NCBI GenBank assembly: GCA_963575745.1
Contig: CAUYUJ010000026.1
Location: 62,001 to 126,000 of the forward strand
DNA: 64,000 nucleotides
From: Prorocentrum cordatum
Taxonomy: Eukaryota
Direction of reading: 5' to 3'
Positions within the stretch are counted from its first letter, which is position 1, and the number at the start of each line of letters is the position of its first letter. Under the pieces are notes generated by a model, which did no database searches, was not told the origin of the DNA, and saw only the letters and a list, made by a program, of their open reading frames with translations. Of the stretch, positions 48,083 to 61,950 are shown in pieces. The translations under genes and the position numbers were made by a program.

Positions 48083-51000
48083 CTGTTCACTTTCTCTGCG
48101 TATGTGGTTGGAATTTTCGCTCAGGCATTTTGCTGGGCCACCTCAAGAATGTCTGTCTCTTCAACATCGTATTCGTGGTCTTCGCAGCGCTGTATTCTGG
48201 CTGAGCCTGGCCCAGGCCCAGAGGGCAAGCAAGGCGCCCCACTTTGTATGGTTCGCTTTTCCTGTTACGTGTGCCTCAATCGATGTGTCAGAAGCGGCAG
48301 AGTGGGTTTCATCTTGAGGGCAATATGCTAAGCGGTGTTTCGCAAATTTGGGCGCATTTATACTCTTTGGCATCGAAGGGGCCTTGGCTGCATTCTGGCT
48401 GAGCCTGGCCCAGGCCCGCAGGGCAAGCAAGGCGATATTATTTTCTTGTGTGGGAATGTATGTTCGCTGTTTGCTTGGTGTCAAGATGCGTTCTGGTGTT
48501 CAGTTTGTTTTCGAGTATCTCATCCCGCACCTGGGCGTCGGCAGCTGGAGGGACATGAGCGTCACACGCAATATGGTGAACGGCTACTCTGTCCTGGTGC
48601 GGGGCTTCCTGATCGTCGCGTCCCTCGTCGTGGTCAGGGGGTGGAGTGCTCCATGTATCGATTGCTTCGCAATCTCTCCGAGGTCCTCTGAGCGGGCGAG
48701 GCTTAATCGTAACCGACACAGTCGCAATATCCGTAACTCCGTAACTCCTGCCCCCCTCCCCCCCCCATCGTTGCCCCCCCCCCCCCCCCGTGCACCCAAA
48801 CAGGAAGAGGGAGGGGGAAGGCTGGGAGGGGGGCGGGATGACCTGGTGGAGGGAGGACAGAGGATCGCACGTGTACCGCCCTGCACGCCGAGTCCTTTCG
48901 GGGCGTGGGCGGCGCCCTGCACGGCAGCGGCCAAGCGCGCGCGCGGGCCAGCGCCTGGGCGCACACCCCGAGGATGGGGCGCCTGCGGTGGGGCCGCTCT
49001 CCAAGCCTGCCCGCGGCAGCGCCTGCAGAACGCTGGCGCGGAGAGCGAGGAGCGAGTCTGCGAGGCCGGCACGCTGCGTCGCGAGGGCGGGGCAGCACAG
49101 GCACTGATAGAAGGTGTGCACCACCGCAGCCAAACTGCGCGCCGAGTCCTCTCAGGGCATGGGCCGCGCGAGCGCGCGGGGCCCCTGGAGGGCAGCGGCC
49201 TGGCGCGCGGGCGCGGGCGACTGCTTGGACGCACCCTCCAACAAGGGGCGCCCGCGGGGGGGGGCCGCTTGGAGCCGTGCCCAGGCTCAAGCCTTTCGAT
49301 TCGTGGCGAAGGTCTGCTGGGCGGTCGCGACTTGGCGCGACCACTTCAGTGCAGCGGGACGGGGGCGAAGAAGAGGGCAGAACATCAACCCCCAAATAAT
49401 AAGCACCCCGACAAGCGAAGCCGTTTAGTAAACGCACCCATGGAAGGAACCGAGGGCAGGGCTGTTTAGTGAATGCCCAGGGCCGTTTAGTAGACGCCGA
49501 TTGTCGGGGTCGGTGTTTTTTTTTCCTCCCTTGGCGAGGGGAGGGGGGTCTCGGTCGCTGCGGCGTGCGGTCGCTGCGGCGTGCGCTGTCGGGCCGCGGA
49601 TCGTGGAAGTTCGCTGGGGTCGAGCGTGCGCAGGAGATTGGCAAGGGCCACTCTCGCCACTGCGGGCGCGGCGGACCGCGATCCTGCACTGGCGGGGCGA
49701 AGCCGAGGCGCAGGGGGCACGAGCTGCGGTGGGGGCGCAGGTCGGGTGGCCGGGGGCCATTCGAGTTGGAGCCAGTGGCATGCTGAGCACAAGCCGCAAG
49801 CCTGAGGCTGCGCATCCGCCCAGTGGGTGACGCCAACTGCACCGCCAGGGAAAGACACGCAGCGAGGGTTTGAGGTCTACAGTGCTAGCTCAACCACGAG
49901 GAACCTTCCGCAGGAAACCCAACCCTGAGACCGCAAGGACGTCCACTGATTCTTGCCGTGGGAGTGTCCTTCTTCCCATGGCAGAACCGTCGAAACCCCA
50001 GAGACCCAGGGCACCCTGGGGGCAAGCAGGGCGCTTCTTGGCATGGGCTTCCCACTGCAGGACGAGCGGTGGCGCCCCCACTGCAGCTCGCACCTGCGGG
50101 AGGGGCGAGCAAAAACCGACGCGGCCATCTGCGCCTCGGGGAGCGGAGCGGACCTCCCCGAGGCGCCTCGAGGGCGGGGCCGGGCGCGCGCTGCCCCCCC
50201 CCCCCCGCGGACCCGGGGACCCGACGGCGCGAACCGATGCACGGCCGTGCACAGATCACGACCCGAGCTGCATGTTGCCCCCCGCGCACTTCAGGAGCAC
50301 ATCCCAGAAACGATCTCGAGCACCCGGAGAGAAGTGTCGAAAGCGTGCCGAAACAGCGTCGGACGAGTGTCTCTCCCCCAGGGCCCGCCACGTGAAAACC
50401 TGAGAGTTTCGGTATTCATTTCTGGTGTTCGAAAGTCTTTCTGGTGATCGAGGCTAAAGTAAGTTGGGACATCATAAATCGGGGATGGACAGACCCCCCT
50501 TTAGTAAAACGTGGTTTAGTGAAAACGACCTGAGGCCCAAACCTGGCGGGCGCAAGCCTGAAAAATAACGGCCACGGCGCCCTCTCGAGAACCGAAAACG
50601 GACAATTCACTAATCGACGTGTCACTGTTGGGGGTTCTGTCCACTCCCGAATAAGCCGAGCCCCGGAGACCCCGTCTCCCTGCACCCTCCGAGCTGGACC
50701 GATCCGTGAGGCCGTTGAAGGAAAAAGGACTCTGCATCGAGAACTGGGGGGCCACTTCGAATACACCCCCCCCGCACCCCCCCGGCCTTGATATTGAGCA
50801 GCTGGTCCCAGAGATGAGCGGCCGGGACAAGAGTTGCACCCAAGGTCTCGATCGCAAAAACGAGCTCCCATGTGAAGGCCGGGGGGTGGCTGGGGGGGAG
50901 TTCGGTCATCCGTCGTCGGAGCGCTGCTGATGCACAGTTCTTTCCCTCAGCCGGAAGGCCTTCGGGGGCCCTCAGCGACGCGAGAGCGCCCCAGCTCGAG

Positions 51001-54000
51001 AGCAGTGCGACGCCAGAGGCCAGGGGTCGAGCAGGGGATCGGCTGCAGAACTGGTGTACCCCGAAACCGGTTCTCACGCCGAGTCTTCAGCACCGATACT
51101 TTTTTGATTCGCGGCCCGCGAGGAAAAGTCCAGAGGGCGGTGTGAACGAGGCTGGGACACAGCGCGCGGGAAAGCAGATAATTAACGGCGCAGCACGTAT
51201 GCCGGCCAAGAAGAAGCAGCTGAGCATGTTTCAGCACTGATACGCAGGGTGACCGTAGATCTACGAACGTCTTACGCATGTTCCGTGGACTCGACGAACA
51301 AAAGTCAGTCCTGGGGCGAATCGGTTCTGTGGTCGATCCCCTGCCCGAAAGGGGCACGCGCAGCAGCGGCCCGTGCCCCTGCCCACCCGGGCGGTCGTGC
51401 TCGGGCCAGGCAGGGGGCGAGCGGCCCGCGCGGCGAGCGCGCCTCGGGCCGCGCTTCTGATGCCCTTTTCCCTTCCAACCGACCCTGGGGTCAAGGTCGG
51501 GCGGCCCGAGTCGGGCGTGTCCTCCTGCATGCGGATCTGGAAGGACAGATCAAGAAGGCAAATAATAAGCAGAAGAGAGTCGAAGCATCGTCCCCAAACT
51601 GCTTGTTGACTGCTCTTCGAATCTTCCTCCCGTGGAGTGGCAAGCCCGACTTAACCCTGGGGGCCGTGATGGGCCGCGTTGGCCAGGGCCCGTCGGGCCG
51701 CCACGCACGAACCGGAGGAAAAGACAACAACGGCACGAAAATGAACTTTCAGAGATTCGCGCGAAGTTCTTTGATCTGCGGTGGACCTCCCTCCCTCCCT
51801 CTCTGGCGCGCGGAGCGCGCCAGGGGCCGGCGCCTCCGGCGCCGCCAGGGAGGTCCAGCACCACCTTCTCGATGTCGCGAGCGCGGGCTGGCGGATGCGG
51901 TAGCCGCGGTTGGCGAACGGCTGGCCAGGGGCGCAGCCGACGCCCGAGCGCCTGCAGCAGACAGAGACAGCTCCTCCGCCACAACGGCAGGCTTTTTGCC
52001 TTGCTCGCGCGCATCCTACGCGCCGCAGCGCCCGAGGGCGAGGGCGGGAGCCGGCCCCGCAGGGCGCAGGGCTGGCCGAGGGCTCCGACGGCCCTCGACC
52101 ATCCGCAGCACGGAGTCCCCCCCCCGTCTCCCCGCCCCGCGGCCGACGCGCCTCACGGCGCTCGCGGAAGCGCGAGGCGCAGGCGCCGTCGCGGACGCGC
52201 CTGAAGCGGCCCCGCTCGCCGCGCCCTCAGCGGCGGAGGCGGGGGCGAGTGGCACCTCCCCGGCCGTGGCGGCCAGCGCCGCAGCCGACGCCGAGCAGCT
52301 CGGCGGGGACGGGCAGGGCCGCGAGGGGGGCTCTCTGGCGACGCGGCGCGCCCCCGCACGCCGCGGCAGCTGGCAAGTGCCAGGCACGCTCGCGCCGTGA
52401 CCAAACCACGGCGGGAAATTGGTGGCCGCTTCGGCCTCTGGGGGCCCTCGCCCGGCCCTGAGACCGTCACAACCCGGCTCGAGACGAAAAGCCGTCCCCG
52501 GGGAAGGGGTCGGGACTTCCAGGGACTCAGCATTCAACAAATCAAGACATCGCATGCCTGGGGCTTGCAACACCAGGGTTCAACCCGGAAGCAGTCCCTT
52601 AGCAATCACCTTCCCAGCAGGTCAACATAATAGGTCAACACGGAACCGAGCTGAGATGGGCTGGCGATGGGCGCCGCGGGGAATACGCCCATCTGGCCCA
52701 CCGCAGCCACAACGAAAAGGCACCGCACGCAGCAAGGCTCCCCAAGCCCGCGAGCCCAGGAGGCGTTACCACACGCCCGGCTGCGACAACCAGCGGAGAA
52801 TCAAGACAAGAAGGCCACAATCACCTCTCCCCTTGGATCCCCTTGGGGCAATCCGGCTGGAACAGCTTGAGCTGGTAGGGTGGCACAGTGGACGCATTGG
52901 CGTCAGCACGCAAACCCACCGTCCAACGTACCTGCTCGAAGGCTGCCGGACTCTTTAGGCGGCGGCGGTAGGAAGATCGCGCCGCGGCCGAAGTGGCAAC
53001 CGGGCCGCGCAGGCGCTGACTACACGCCAGAAGGCGCGCGGAGGGAGGAAGGGAGGCGGCCTCGAAGGGGGGAAAGGAAGGAGTGTAAGAAGAATAAGAC
53101 GAATCATATTAATGAGAAGAAAACTAATAAGAAGGATACTACCAATAATAACACGAAAACTATTACTAATAAGAATCGTAAAAAGATAACGAAAAGGAAA
53201 CAACTGCGTAAACAGATGGATTCGACGTTCTGCGAGGCTTTCCTGGATCGGCGCTGGACCCCCCTCGGCCAGAGGCGGCCGCCAAGGTAGCCCAACGCCG
53301 ATCCGAGAAATCCGCGCGGGGCTTCGACAATCTGAACATTCAGAGCTTGTCTTGTGTTTTCCTCGAGGGAGGGCGCACCCAGAGCGTGCCATTCTTCGGG
53401 TGCAGTGCTGCCGCGTGCATTTTTCCTTTCGAGAGAACGCGCTCTTCGGGGGCAGTGCTGCCGTTTTTTTTTTTTTTTTTTTTTTGCTGTTTCGCGTTCT
53501 TCCCTCGAAGGAGGGTGCGCACTCCGAACGTGCCACTCTTCGGGTGCAGTGCTGCCGCTTTTCCGCTGTGTGTGTGTGTGTCCTTCCCTCGAAGGGGACG
53601 GCTCCCTCCGCACGTGCCATTCTCCGGGTGCCGTGCTGTTGGCGGCCTCGGGCTCGAGGGCCTACCCCGGGCGCGCCGCGCCCGACGGCGGGCGAGCGAC
53701 TTCGCCCCGGGGGGGGCGGCACTGCGGCCCCCCATGCGGGGCAGCAGCGGCAAGGGGAAGGACCGTCGGCGGCGAGCGAGGGGGGGGAAAGCGAGGAGGA
53801 GAGGGCCTTCTCTCTCAGGAGGCTCGGAGGTCCCCCGGCCTCGTGCGAGAAGTTTTGTGAGCCTTCCCCGGAGACAGACGAAAACTTCTCCGAAGGCGCG
53901 AGGGCTTCTGAGAAGTCCCGCCGCCTTCCGAGAAGGCCTTCTCCTTCCCAGCTCCCCCCCTCGCTCGCCGCCGAGGCGGGCGCGCTTGGGCGACGATTGG

Positions 54001-55934
54001 GCGTGGGGGCGACCAGAGGGAGGGAAGACGGGTGCACCTTCCGGGCCCTGAAGGGCCCTCCGTGGGCCCCAAAGGGCCCCCCCTGCAGGGACCCGCGAGG
54101 GCCCCTCTTCCGCAGCCCTCGCTGCCCCTCGCCGAGGTCATCGCCCCCCCCCCTTGCGCGACGCCCGAGACGCGCCTTCGTGCCTCGCACCGGGCGGCAC
54201 CCGCGGGCCAGCCCCGAGGCCCCCCGTGGAGGGTTCATTTCTTTCCAGCAGGGGATCGCAGCCAGGCGAGGCAGCGCATCCTCCGGTCCGTATCCGAGCG
54301 ACGCTCGATCGGCGGGCAGCCGGCGCAGCGCGCCTCACTGGAGGCGAGGGCGCTGACGCGCGGATTCACGCGGGCAGCTTGCGCGCCAGTGTCGGGGACG
54401 ACGACCCCGACTTTTGGCGTCGCCCACCTGTCTGATGGGGAGGATGCAGCATGCCCGAACCGATGCAAACTGCCCGTGTCGCGGAATATTCCCTGCCGAG
54501 GGGGACGAGGATACGCATGGAGGCGAGGACCCCGTGGATGGGCGGAAGCGGAACGAGCGGCAGAAACATACACTTTCGACGGCCCGCGCGGCTCTCCTCG
54601 ATCGGCGCTGCACCTCCCCGCCGCCGGCTCGCGCAGCTCGCCCGGGGCGGCGCGGGGGGGGCACAGCGCAGATGCGAGGACGCCGCGCGGACCTTCGAAC
54701 CTGCAAGCTCTTGCAGTGTCTGCTTCTTGTTGGCGGCGAGCCCCGGGGGGGAGGCGAGGAGGGGCGGGCCTTCGCAGAGGGCTCGGCAGTCCCAGGGCCT
54801 CCCGAGAAGTTTTGCTGAGCCTTCCCCGAAGGCGCAGAACACATCCCGGAAGGCGCGAGGGCTTCTGAGCAGTCCCGCCGCCTTCCGAGAAGGCCTTCTC
54901 CTTCTCATTTCTCCCCCCCTCGCTCGCCACCGATTGGTGGAACTTGCGGCCCTCGGCAGGGCCGTCCTGGCGAGTCCACCCACCGGCGGGGGCCGGCGAA
55001 GCGGGGGCAGGGCTGGGCAATCGCCATGTGTGAAGGGGAACTGGGACACACAAGTAAATCCACGCAAATAAAAAGATTCCCCGTATTTTCCCATATTTTC
55101 TGGGTTTCTGTCTTCCCCCCCACTGTCCATATTTTCTAATATTTTCTGGGGAATCGAGAATTCATTGTGTCTGTGTGTTTTTTCCCCTCCTGAAGATTGA
55201 CATGATACTCTTTAGCGAAACGCTCCTCAGTGAAACCTTGCAGGGGCACCCCCCATGCGTGCACGGCACCGCGTTCAGAGTGCACCCCCCCGGGCGGGGT
55301 GGTTCATCGACGTCCGATAACTTCCGAATGTATCTGGCGCGACGCGCATCGATCAGCGAAACCGACCGGGGACTACCCTGGAAAACACTCGGATGCAACT
55401 GTCGAATGCCGTTCTCGAAATGTCCGAGTCCCGGGAGGTGGGGCCCGCCGAGTCCAAAGTTCGGAGGCAACTCATGGGAGCCTCCCATACCATCTTGTCG
55501 GCTCTTGCGAATCAACGCTGGTCGACGCTATCTCATCGACTCCCAAACGCAAATCGACGCTAGTCGACTCTAAAGACGGAATTTTAGACGAGCGCGTTCC
55601 ACTACTCGCCAAGTGACTACTCGCAAATGGCCTGGATCTGCCGCGGGGGATCTACGATAAATTACATCGACGCAGACATGTGTTTCTCGGACGTTTGCGA
55701 GTAGTCGCTTTGCGAGTGATGGAACGAGCTCGGTGAAATTGAGAGGGTATGTCCAGCTCCCACGATTTGCTGCCGAACCAGTGACCCCCGCGGCCAGGGG
55801 CCACTGGGCCGCACTCGGCCCTCACGCAGGGCAGGCGCACCCGCACGCTGCCGAGCGCAGAGGGTGGGCTGGCAGCGGCGCGCGTGCTCCCGCCTCTGGG
55901 CCGGCGAGGCGCGGTGGGCGGACCCACGCGGCCA

Positions 55935-56131
55935 GAGGCCTCCTAGGTGGGGTCGGAGTAGCTGGGGTCGGAGGATCGCGCCGCATCGCCGATGCATCGG
56001 CGACGTCGGCGATGCTTCGGCGACGTCGGCATGAAGCAAGTCGGGCCCCACACCGAGCCAAATCGCCGATGCATCGACGGTGCGGCGCGACCCTCCGGCC
56101 CCGGCTGCTCCAACCTCCTCTGGGAGGCCTC
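55935..56131. mobile_element. MITE, inverted copy of the element at 25804-25998
   Basis: GAGGCCTCC...GGGGTCGGAGTAGCTGGGGTCGGAGGATCGCGCCGCA and its inverse at the other end; the interior matches the reverse complement of the intronic copy. Confidence 0.75.
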
Positions 56132-56534
56132 GAGCGGCGACGGGCCCCCGCCCGCTCGACGCGGGGCTTCGGCGGAGCGGCCCCGGCGACGCGCCGTCCG
56201 TCCGGCCTCGGCCGGCGCCCTGGGGAGGGGCGGGGAATCTGCCGCCCAGGAGTGCCTGGGCGGAGCGGGCGCCGGCACCGTGCCAGAGAGGCGAGCGGGT
56301 GGGGTGGGGGGCGGGGAGCTGGCCATCGCTCGGACGTCCATTCCCCGTGCTTTTTTCGGTCTCGTGCGTGGCTTTTCCGCCAGACGGTCGAGGATGCTCC
56401 TCGAAGGTCCTCGCCGAGAAAAAAATATGCACACGTCCGAGCGATGCCAGGGGAAGAGGCCGCTTTCGGCCTCGGCCCCTGGCGGCTCCCGCCCTGCTCT
56501 GCGGGAGCGAGGAAGGACACGAGCAGGAGAGCTC

Positions 56535-56672
56535 GGCGGCCCGCGCGGACTTCCTCGGATCGGCGCTGGACCCCCCTCCCTAAGTAGCGCGCGGAGCGCG
56601 CCAGGGGCGGCGCCGGAGGCGCCGCCAGGGGGGTCCAGCGCGGATCCGAGGAATCCGCGCGGACCTCCGAGT
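56535..56672. mobile_element. Palindromic MITE-like repeat (CCGCGCGGA...GGATC...CTGGACCCCC); relatives at ~30670-30812, ~51755-51860, ~53222-53328
   Basis: Inverted ends CCGCGCGGACTTCCTCGGATC / GATCCGAGGAATCCGCGCGG; similar blocks recur at the listed positions. Confidence 0.6.
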
Positions 56673-57069
56673 TTTTTCATGTTTGTGCCATTCTTCGTGC
56701 CCCTAGTTTCGGCTCCATCGGCCCGTTTCGGCCTCGGCCCCTGTCGGCTTCGGCCCGTTTCGGCTTTGGCCCGCGTCGCTCCCCGGCGCTCCTCCAGGGA
56801 AGACATATAAAGCAGCTGCGACAGCGACTGAGCCCCGACGGACCGCGCGAGGCAGCTGCGACAGCGACCGCCGCCCCGGTGCACGCAGGGCCCAGGAGAA
56901 GGCTGTGCCACGCGGCTTCCCCAGCGCACCAGGTCACAGCGGCGCAAGGGAGAGAAAAAAGGTTGGGAGGAAACTTAGATCAGTAATCGAGCAGGTGATC
57001 GACTACAGAATTGATTTACCCAAGTGTTCGCCGAACCTGATGGACAAATACGTAGTGTGTGTGTGTGTG

Positions 57070-57116
<47 letters not shown>

Positions 57117-59173
57117 AGATTCGAGAACAAGTCTGCGCATTTTCCGTAGACTCGACCAAGAAGCGTCTCTTGGGCAACACAATTCTGAAGTCGATCCCCT
57201 ACTCGAAGTGGGGCGCTCCTCCTGCGACTCCCCCATCCCAAGATCGGCTATCTTCGCGCTGTCTGCCTCGCTGCCTCCCATCGGGCCACAACTGCGGGCC
57301 GCCCGGCCGTGCGCCACGGACAGAAAGCGAGCGGACTGGCAGCGCGGGCAAACTCCCCTTTCGGACTCACACGCAGCCTCTCCGTGCAACGAGAGGGAGG
57401 CAGGGCTCGTCGCTGTCGAGGGGGCGCGTCTCCTCAGCCTCCTGGCGCTCCTCCCTCGAGTGCCAGAGAGGCCGAAACGCCAACGACCCACAGGCACCCA
57501 GACCCACTGTCTATCACGAGCGCCAGCTCCTCCTCGTCCTCGTCGTCGCTCCTCTCCCCACCCGAGGACAGAGGGGGACGGCGAACGGAGGACAGGGCCG
57601 GCGATGACGAGGGCTGTTCATGGATGGGTCATATCAACGTTGACCGAGTTCTCCGAAGTCCCAAGGGATCCGAGCGGGGAGACAGGAGGGAAGAACGAAG
57701 ACGGCGACGGAACCATCGCAAGCCGAACCTGGGTGTCACGCGAAACGTGAATAACTCTTCCGCCAAGCTCCTCTGCTGGCGTCCGCCGCGGAACTCGTTC
57801 GCTGTCTACTTTCGTAGATCTTTCGCCAGCTCTCACTGATCAGCCAAGATACGATATCATTTTCGTGGGATGGCTCGACAGGGAGGCAACGAAATAACAA
57901 TGCTGCAGCAATTGATCTAGCTGGCCAGACTGCCGATACTAAATCTCAGACATGCCTGGATGCCCCTGGGCGTCAGGAAAAGATGCGCGGCGTCGACATT
58001 TTTCTCTGACAAGGGGGGCGTACATGTGGCATCAAGAACCCTGAGAACTCTAGGAGCGTCACAGGCGGAACAGGATGTAATAAGAACAACTCATGAATAT
58101 GAGAGAAGAGGGATGCCCAAAAGGGTGACGAAAAAAACTGTGACGATAGGCGTGATGCCGCGTCAACGGTCGCTCCACGTGCACACCTGATCGATCGCAC
58201 ACTGGGCAGCCGATATGCGGACGCCAGATGCTGTGAGGCCACGCTCCAGCAAGTGGCCGCGGGGCGGCCGCACCATCTGCGGGTGCGGGCCTTGGGCATA
58301 TGCTCTCGACGCACGCAGGACAACACGGCAACAACTGAAACGGCCCCGCGCACCGCGCCGCAGCAACAACGGCCAATGCTTCGAACAAAACGTTCCGTGC
58401 GACGACCGAAGCAACGACCGATGCCGCTTGCGACTCGCCAACTCCACTAATCTTTGAACAGACGTCTACGCTTTTTGGAGCGCTCGTGTCCAGACGGACG
58501 AGCGGACTCTTCGCGCATGTTCTTATCGGGTGTCGAATTGACGGGCATGGATTGATTGTGATCCATTGTCAAGTCGTTCAACATGTCACTTTACTCAACG
58601 CTGCTGCCTCCCATACTTTCCAACCTCCCACCCGCACACCGCTTTCTCCCGATGACGGCGAAGATCGTCAACAACTGTACCGTGTGCTGGCCCAAGAAAC
58701 AAGCCCATTCCGTTCACCAGCCCACTCACAATCGCCTTCTTCTCTAGATGCTCTTGGCACTTTAGTCGGCTCCAGAAGAGCCTGCCCTATGGATGCGCGC
58801 AACTACCGCGAACCCATTTACTGTGAATACTGATGGCCTGTGAGGGGGCAGGCCGGGAGCCGTGCATCTCATGATGGCACGAGTGTCAGAAGAAGGTGCA
58901 CGCCTCTAGATTCAGGAGTCAGTGGCGTTCGCCGTGGTCACTCCTCACTGACCAACGAATGCTGTGATGGCTTCGAGATAAGAGCCCCTTTTTTGAGTGG
59001 TCAGAGTGAAATCGAGTTGTGCGTTCGTTTCTGTGTGTGTGTGTGTGTGTGTGTGTGACGCCCCCCGGCCGTCGCTTCGTTGTCTCCTCCTCCCTTCTTG
59101 CATGGTGGCACAATTGCCTTGACGGCAGCCCCATTTTGCTTCCTCGCCAGCAGTGACTCTGCCTAGCCGCCGA

Positions 59174-59230
<57 letters not shown>

Positions 59231-61559
59231 TGTGTGTGTTTGTGTGCGTGTGTGCGTGCGCGCGCGTTTTCTTTTTGTGTGTGTGTGTGTGTGTTTGTGT
59301 TTGTTTGTTTGTTTGTTTGTTTGTTTGTTTGTTTGTTAGTGTGTGTGTGTGTGTTCGTGCGTGATCGCGCCTCTCTCACACGCCGAGTTTTGGTCCCAGT
59401 TCTCACGCGCCGAGATAAGATCGCCGTTCTCTCACACGCCGAATTTTTAAGTCTTCAATTCTCACATGCCTCGTCGAGTTTGCGATCTGATTTTCATGGC
59501 CCTGCCTTTCTCTCAGCAGAATATGGTTCTGCACATGTGAGTGGGTTATGGGCCGTACTCGGGGTGCACGGCCTCGCTGACCGCTGCATCATGCCTGCAA
59601 TCGCTCGCGGTTGACGGCTCGGCGTCTGTCATTCGTCTGGTGGAGTCCAAGTTCAGGCCAGCGCTCAAGCCTCCCCAGAGCAGGTGCACGAGATCTCGGG
59701 CCTGGGCACTCGCTTGCCTGGGGAAAGAATAAACATCATCTCGGACGCGCCCTCGAGAAGCCTCATATTGGCTTCAGACTTGTGCAGGATTGGATCCTGA
59801 AACATCCTCGACGACGATTTCATACCACTTCCGGTGTGCTGGAAGCGGTGAGGAGGTTTCGGGCCTGCGGCAGTTGGACCGCAGTCACCAGTTTTGCAAT
59901 TATGCTTTATTTTCCAACTCCGTCACCTGGCAGCAGTCCATGCATTGAGATGCCGATTCTTCGGTGTTATGCCTCTGATGGGATTGACAGGGGATCCCAT
60001 CTGATCAGACGCATCTTCAATCAAATCCTAGCTGCGACGTTTGGGCAGGACGACAAATTATCTAATGTTGTTTGCCCCTCTCCACAGAGCAGCCTACGCA
60101 ACCGTCCAGCCCGCAGCCCAATACGTCCTCGGGTAGTACATGGCCTACCTGGACAAGTTACTCCCACACAACCGAGCTCAACATACCTAACCCTGGGCGG
60201 TGCGGATTCTACGACAACCTACGCTGTTCACACTGCTGGGCCACATGATCTACGGCGTCCACGACAACCGATGGCGCCTCCGACTTGCTGAGCTAGCTCG
60301 CACAATCTATCGACCACGCGCGGCCAAAGTCGTAGCGACGCGGCGTATGTTCTGGCTCACGCGGCGTATGCTCTGGTTCTGGCCCACTGGGTGCACTGAA
60401 CACGTATACGACGAGGGAGAAACCCCATTCGGAAAGCTGAACAAGAAGGCTACTGTGCACCGTTGGCCTGGCGATGGGGGGTAAATGATGGCCCGAATCT
60501 CAGCTGGCCTCACAGACACGTACCTCTTCTATTTTGCATCTTCTGTCGGAGATGGCCAATGCACCTGCGACTGGTCTTCGATGGTGCCTAAGCAGTCGCA
60601 TGCTCTTCTGGCACCTCCACACGCAAGTCCATGGCAGCCATATTCAAAGAGCCAATGATCGACACCTCCAACGACCTGCAACGCCTCTTTCTGGCTTTCA
60701 GACCCTCCTCGCGTTTGCGAGGATACGACTGCTCGCGCTCTGGACCGACCTCCTCCTGGCAGCAACCCGCTCGCCTTTTCATACCACTCCTGACGCACAC
60801 CGACAGCGTTCAATACTTACTCCCTTGTTACAAAATTGTCCTGTGACAGATTTTGGTGGCACGGCCGTCGGGATATTACATGACCGCACTTCGGATTTTT
60901 CAGCCCCACCTGCTTGCAACCACGCAAGCAGTGGACGGCCATGCACATGTGGACGTCCACTACCTCCTTATCGCCGTGCCGATGGTGCTGACGGTTGTCC
61001 ACGATCGGGCCTTGTATACGAGTGGACGCCGTCTTCAGCAAGAAATCCACCATCTTTCCCTTGCGTTCCCTGCAAGAGTATCCTATATGCCGGCCAGGCC
61101 GAACCATAGTTCCTTGTATCAAACCATGGATCCCGTGGCCGTCCTACGGATGCAGTGCCAATGGGGCATACGCTCGAGGAACTCGATGAGTCCGCGGCAA
61201 CGTGCGACACAATGCGACACTTAGGCGGACCTGTCCAATTTCTGAGTACGACGTGACAAGAACCCGTAAATACAAACACTGGTTAGGGAACCAAATGCAC
61301 CATACACAAGAGATACCATCATCCAGTGCGCACCCCGAGCCGGGTCGGGCATCTCTCCTTCCAAATGGTATACACGGCAATCACTTTTTGATGAGATGTG
61401 CGAGACCCGATGGGATAATTCAACGCGATCCGCCCGCACCCTCGAATCCCAATGTCGGGTACAGTTTCCGCTCTTCCATCATCATTTCAAGTATCCATCA
61501 CTTCGTTTGAGTTGTAGACGTAACCGTGCGCTTTTCAACACGAAAGCTCGAATGTCAAG

Positions 61560-61607
61560 CATCTATGCGTATGTATGTATGTCTGTCTGTATGTATGTAT
61601 GTATGCC

Positions 61608-61650
<43 letters not shown>

Positions 61651-61950
61651 GTCTGTCTGCCTGCCTGTCTGCCTGCCTGTCTGTCTCTCTGTCTCTGTCT
61701 GTCTGCCTGTCTGTCTGTCTGTCTGTCTGTCTGTCTGCCTGTCTATATGTATGTCTGTCTGTCTACCTGCCTGTCTGCCTGCCTGCCTGCCTGCCTGCCT
61801 GCTTGCCTGCCTGCCTGTCTCTGTCTGTCTGTCTGTCTGTCTGTCAGTCAGTCAGTCAGTCTGTCTGTCTGTCTGTCTGTCTGTCTTCTGTCTGTCTGTA
61901 TGTATTTATGTATGCAGATATGTAGGTATGTAAGTATGTTGTATGTGTAT
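61560..61950. repeat. (CTGT)n/(CCTG)n microsatellite
   Basis: Direct reading. Other simple repeats: (GGA)n 3168-3290, 22138-22218, 22864-22965, 23540-23640; (CCT)n 14625-14828, 35680-36290; (GTT)n 17175-17370; (GAC)n-type 15890-16120, 35230-35640; (GT)n 57055-57114, 59030-59355. Confidence 0.95.

Noticed and set aside
49024..49135. Possible minus-strand exon (AAVVHTFYQCLCCPALA...VLQ|GC)
   Set aside because: The donor is plausible, but there is no recognisable domain and no partner exons; it cannot be supported.
57801..57838. AVYFRR as the next PhyH exon
   Set aside because: No AG acceptor directly upstream, an almost immediate stop, and codon usage unlike the other exons.
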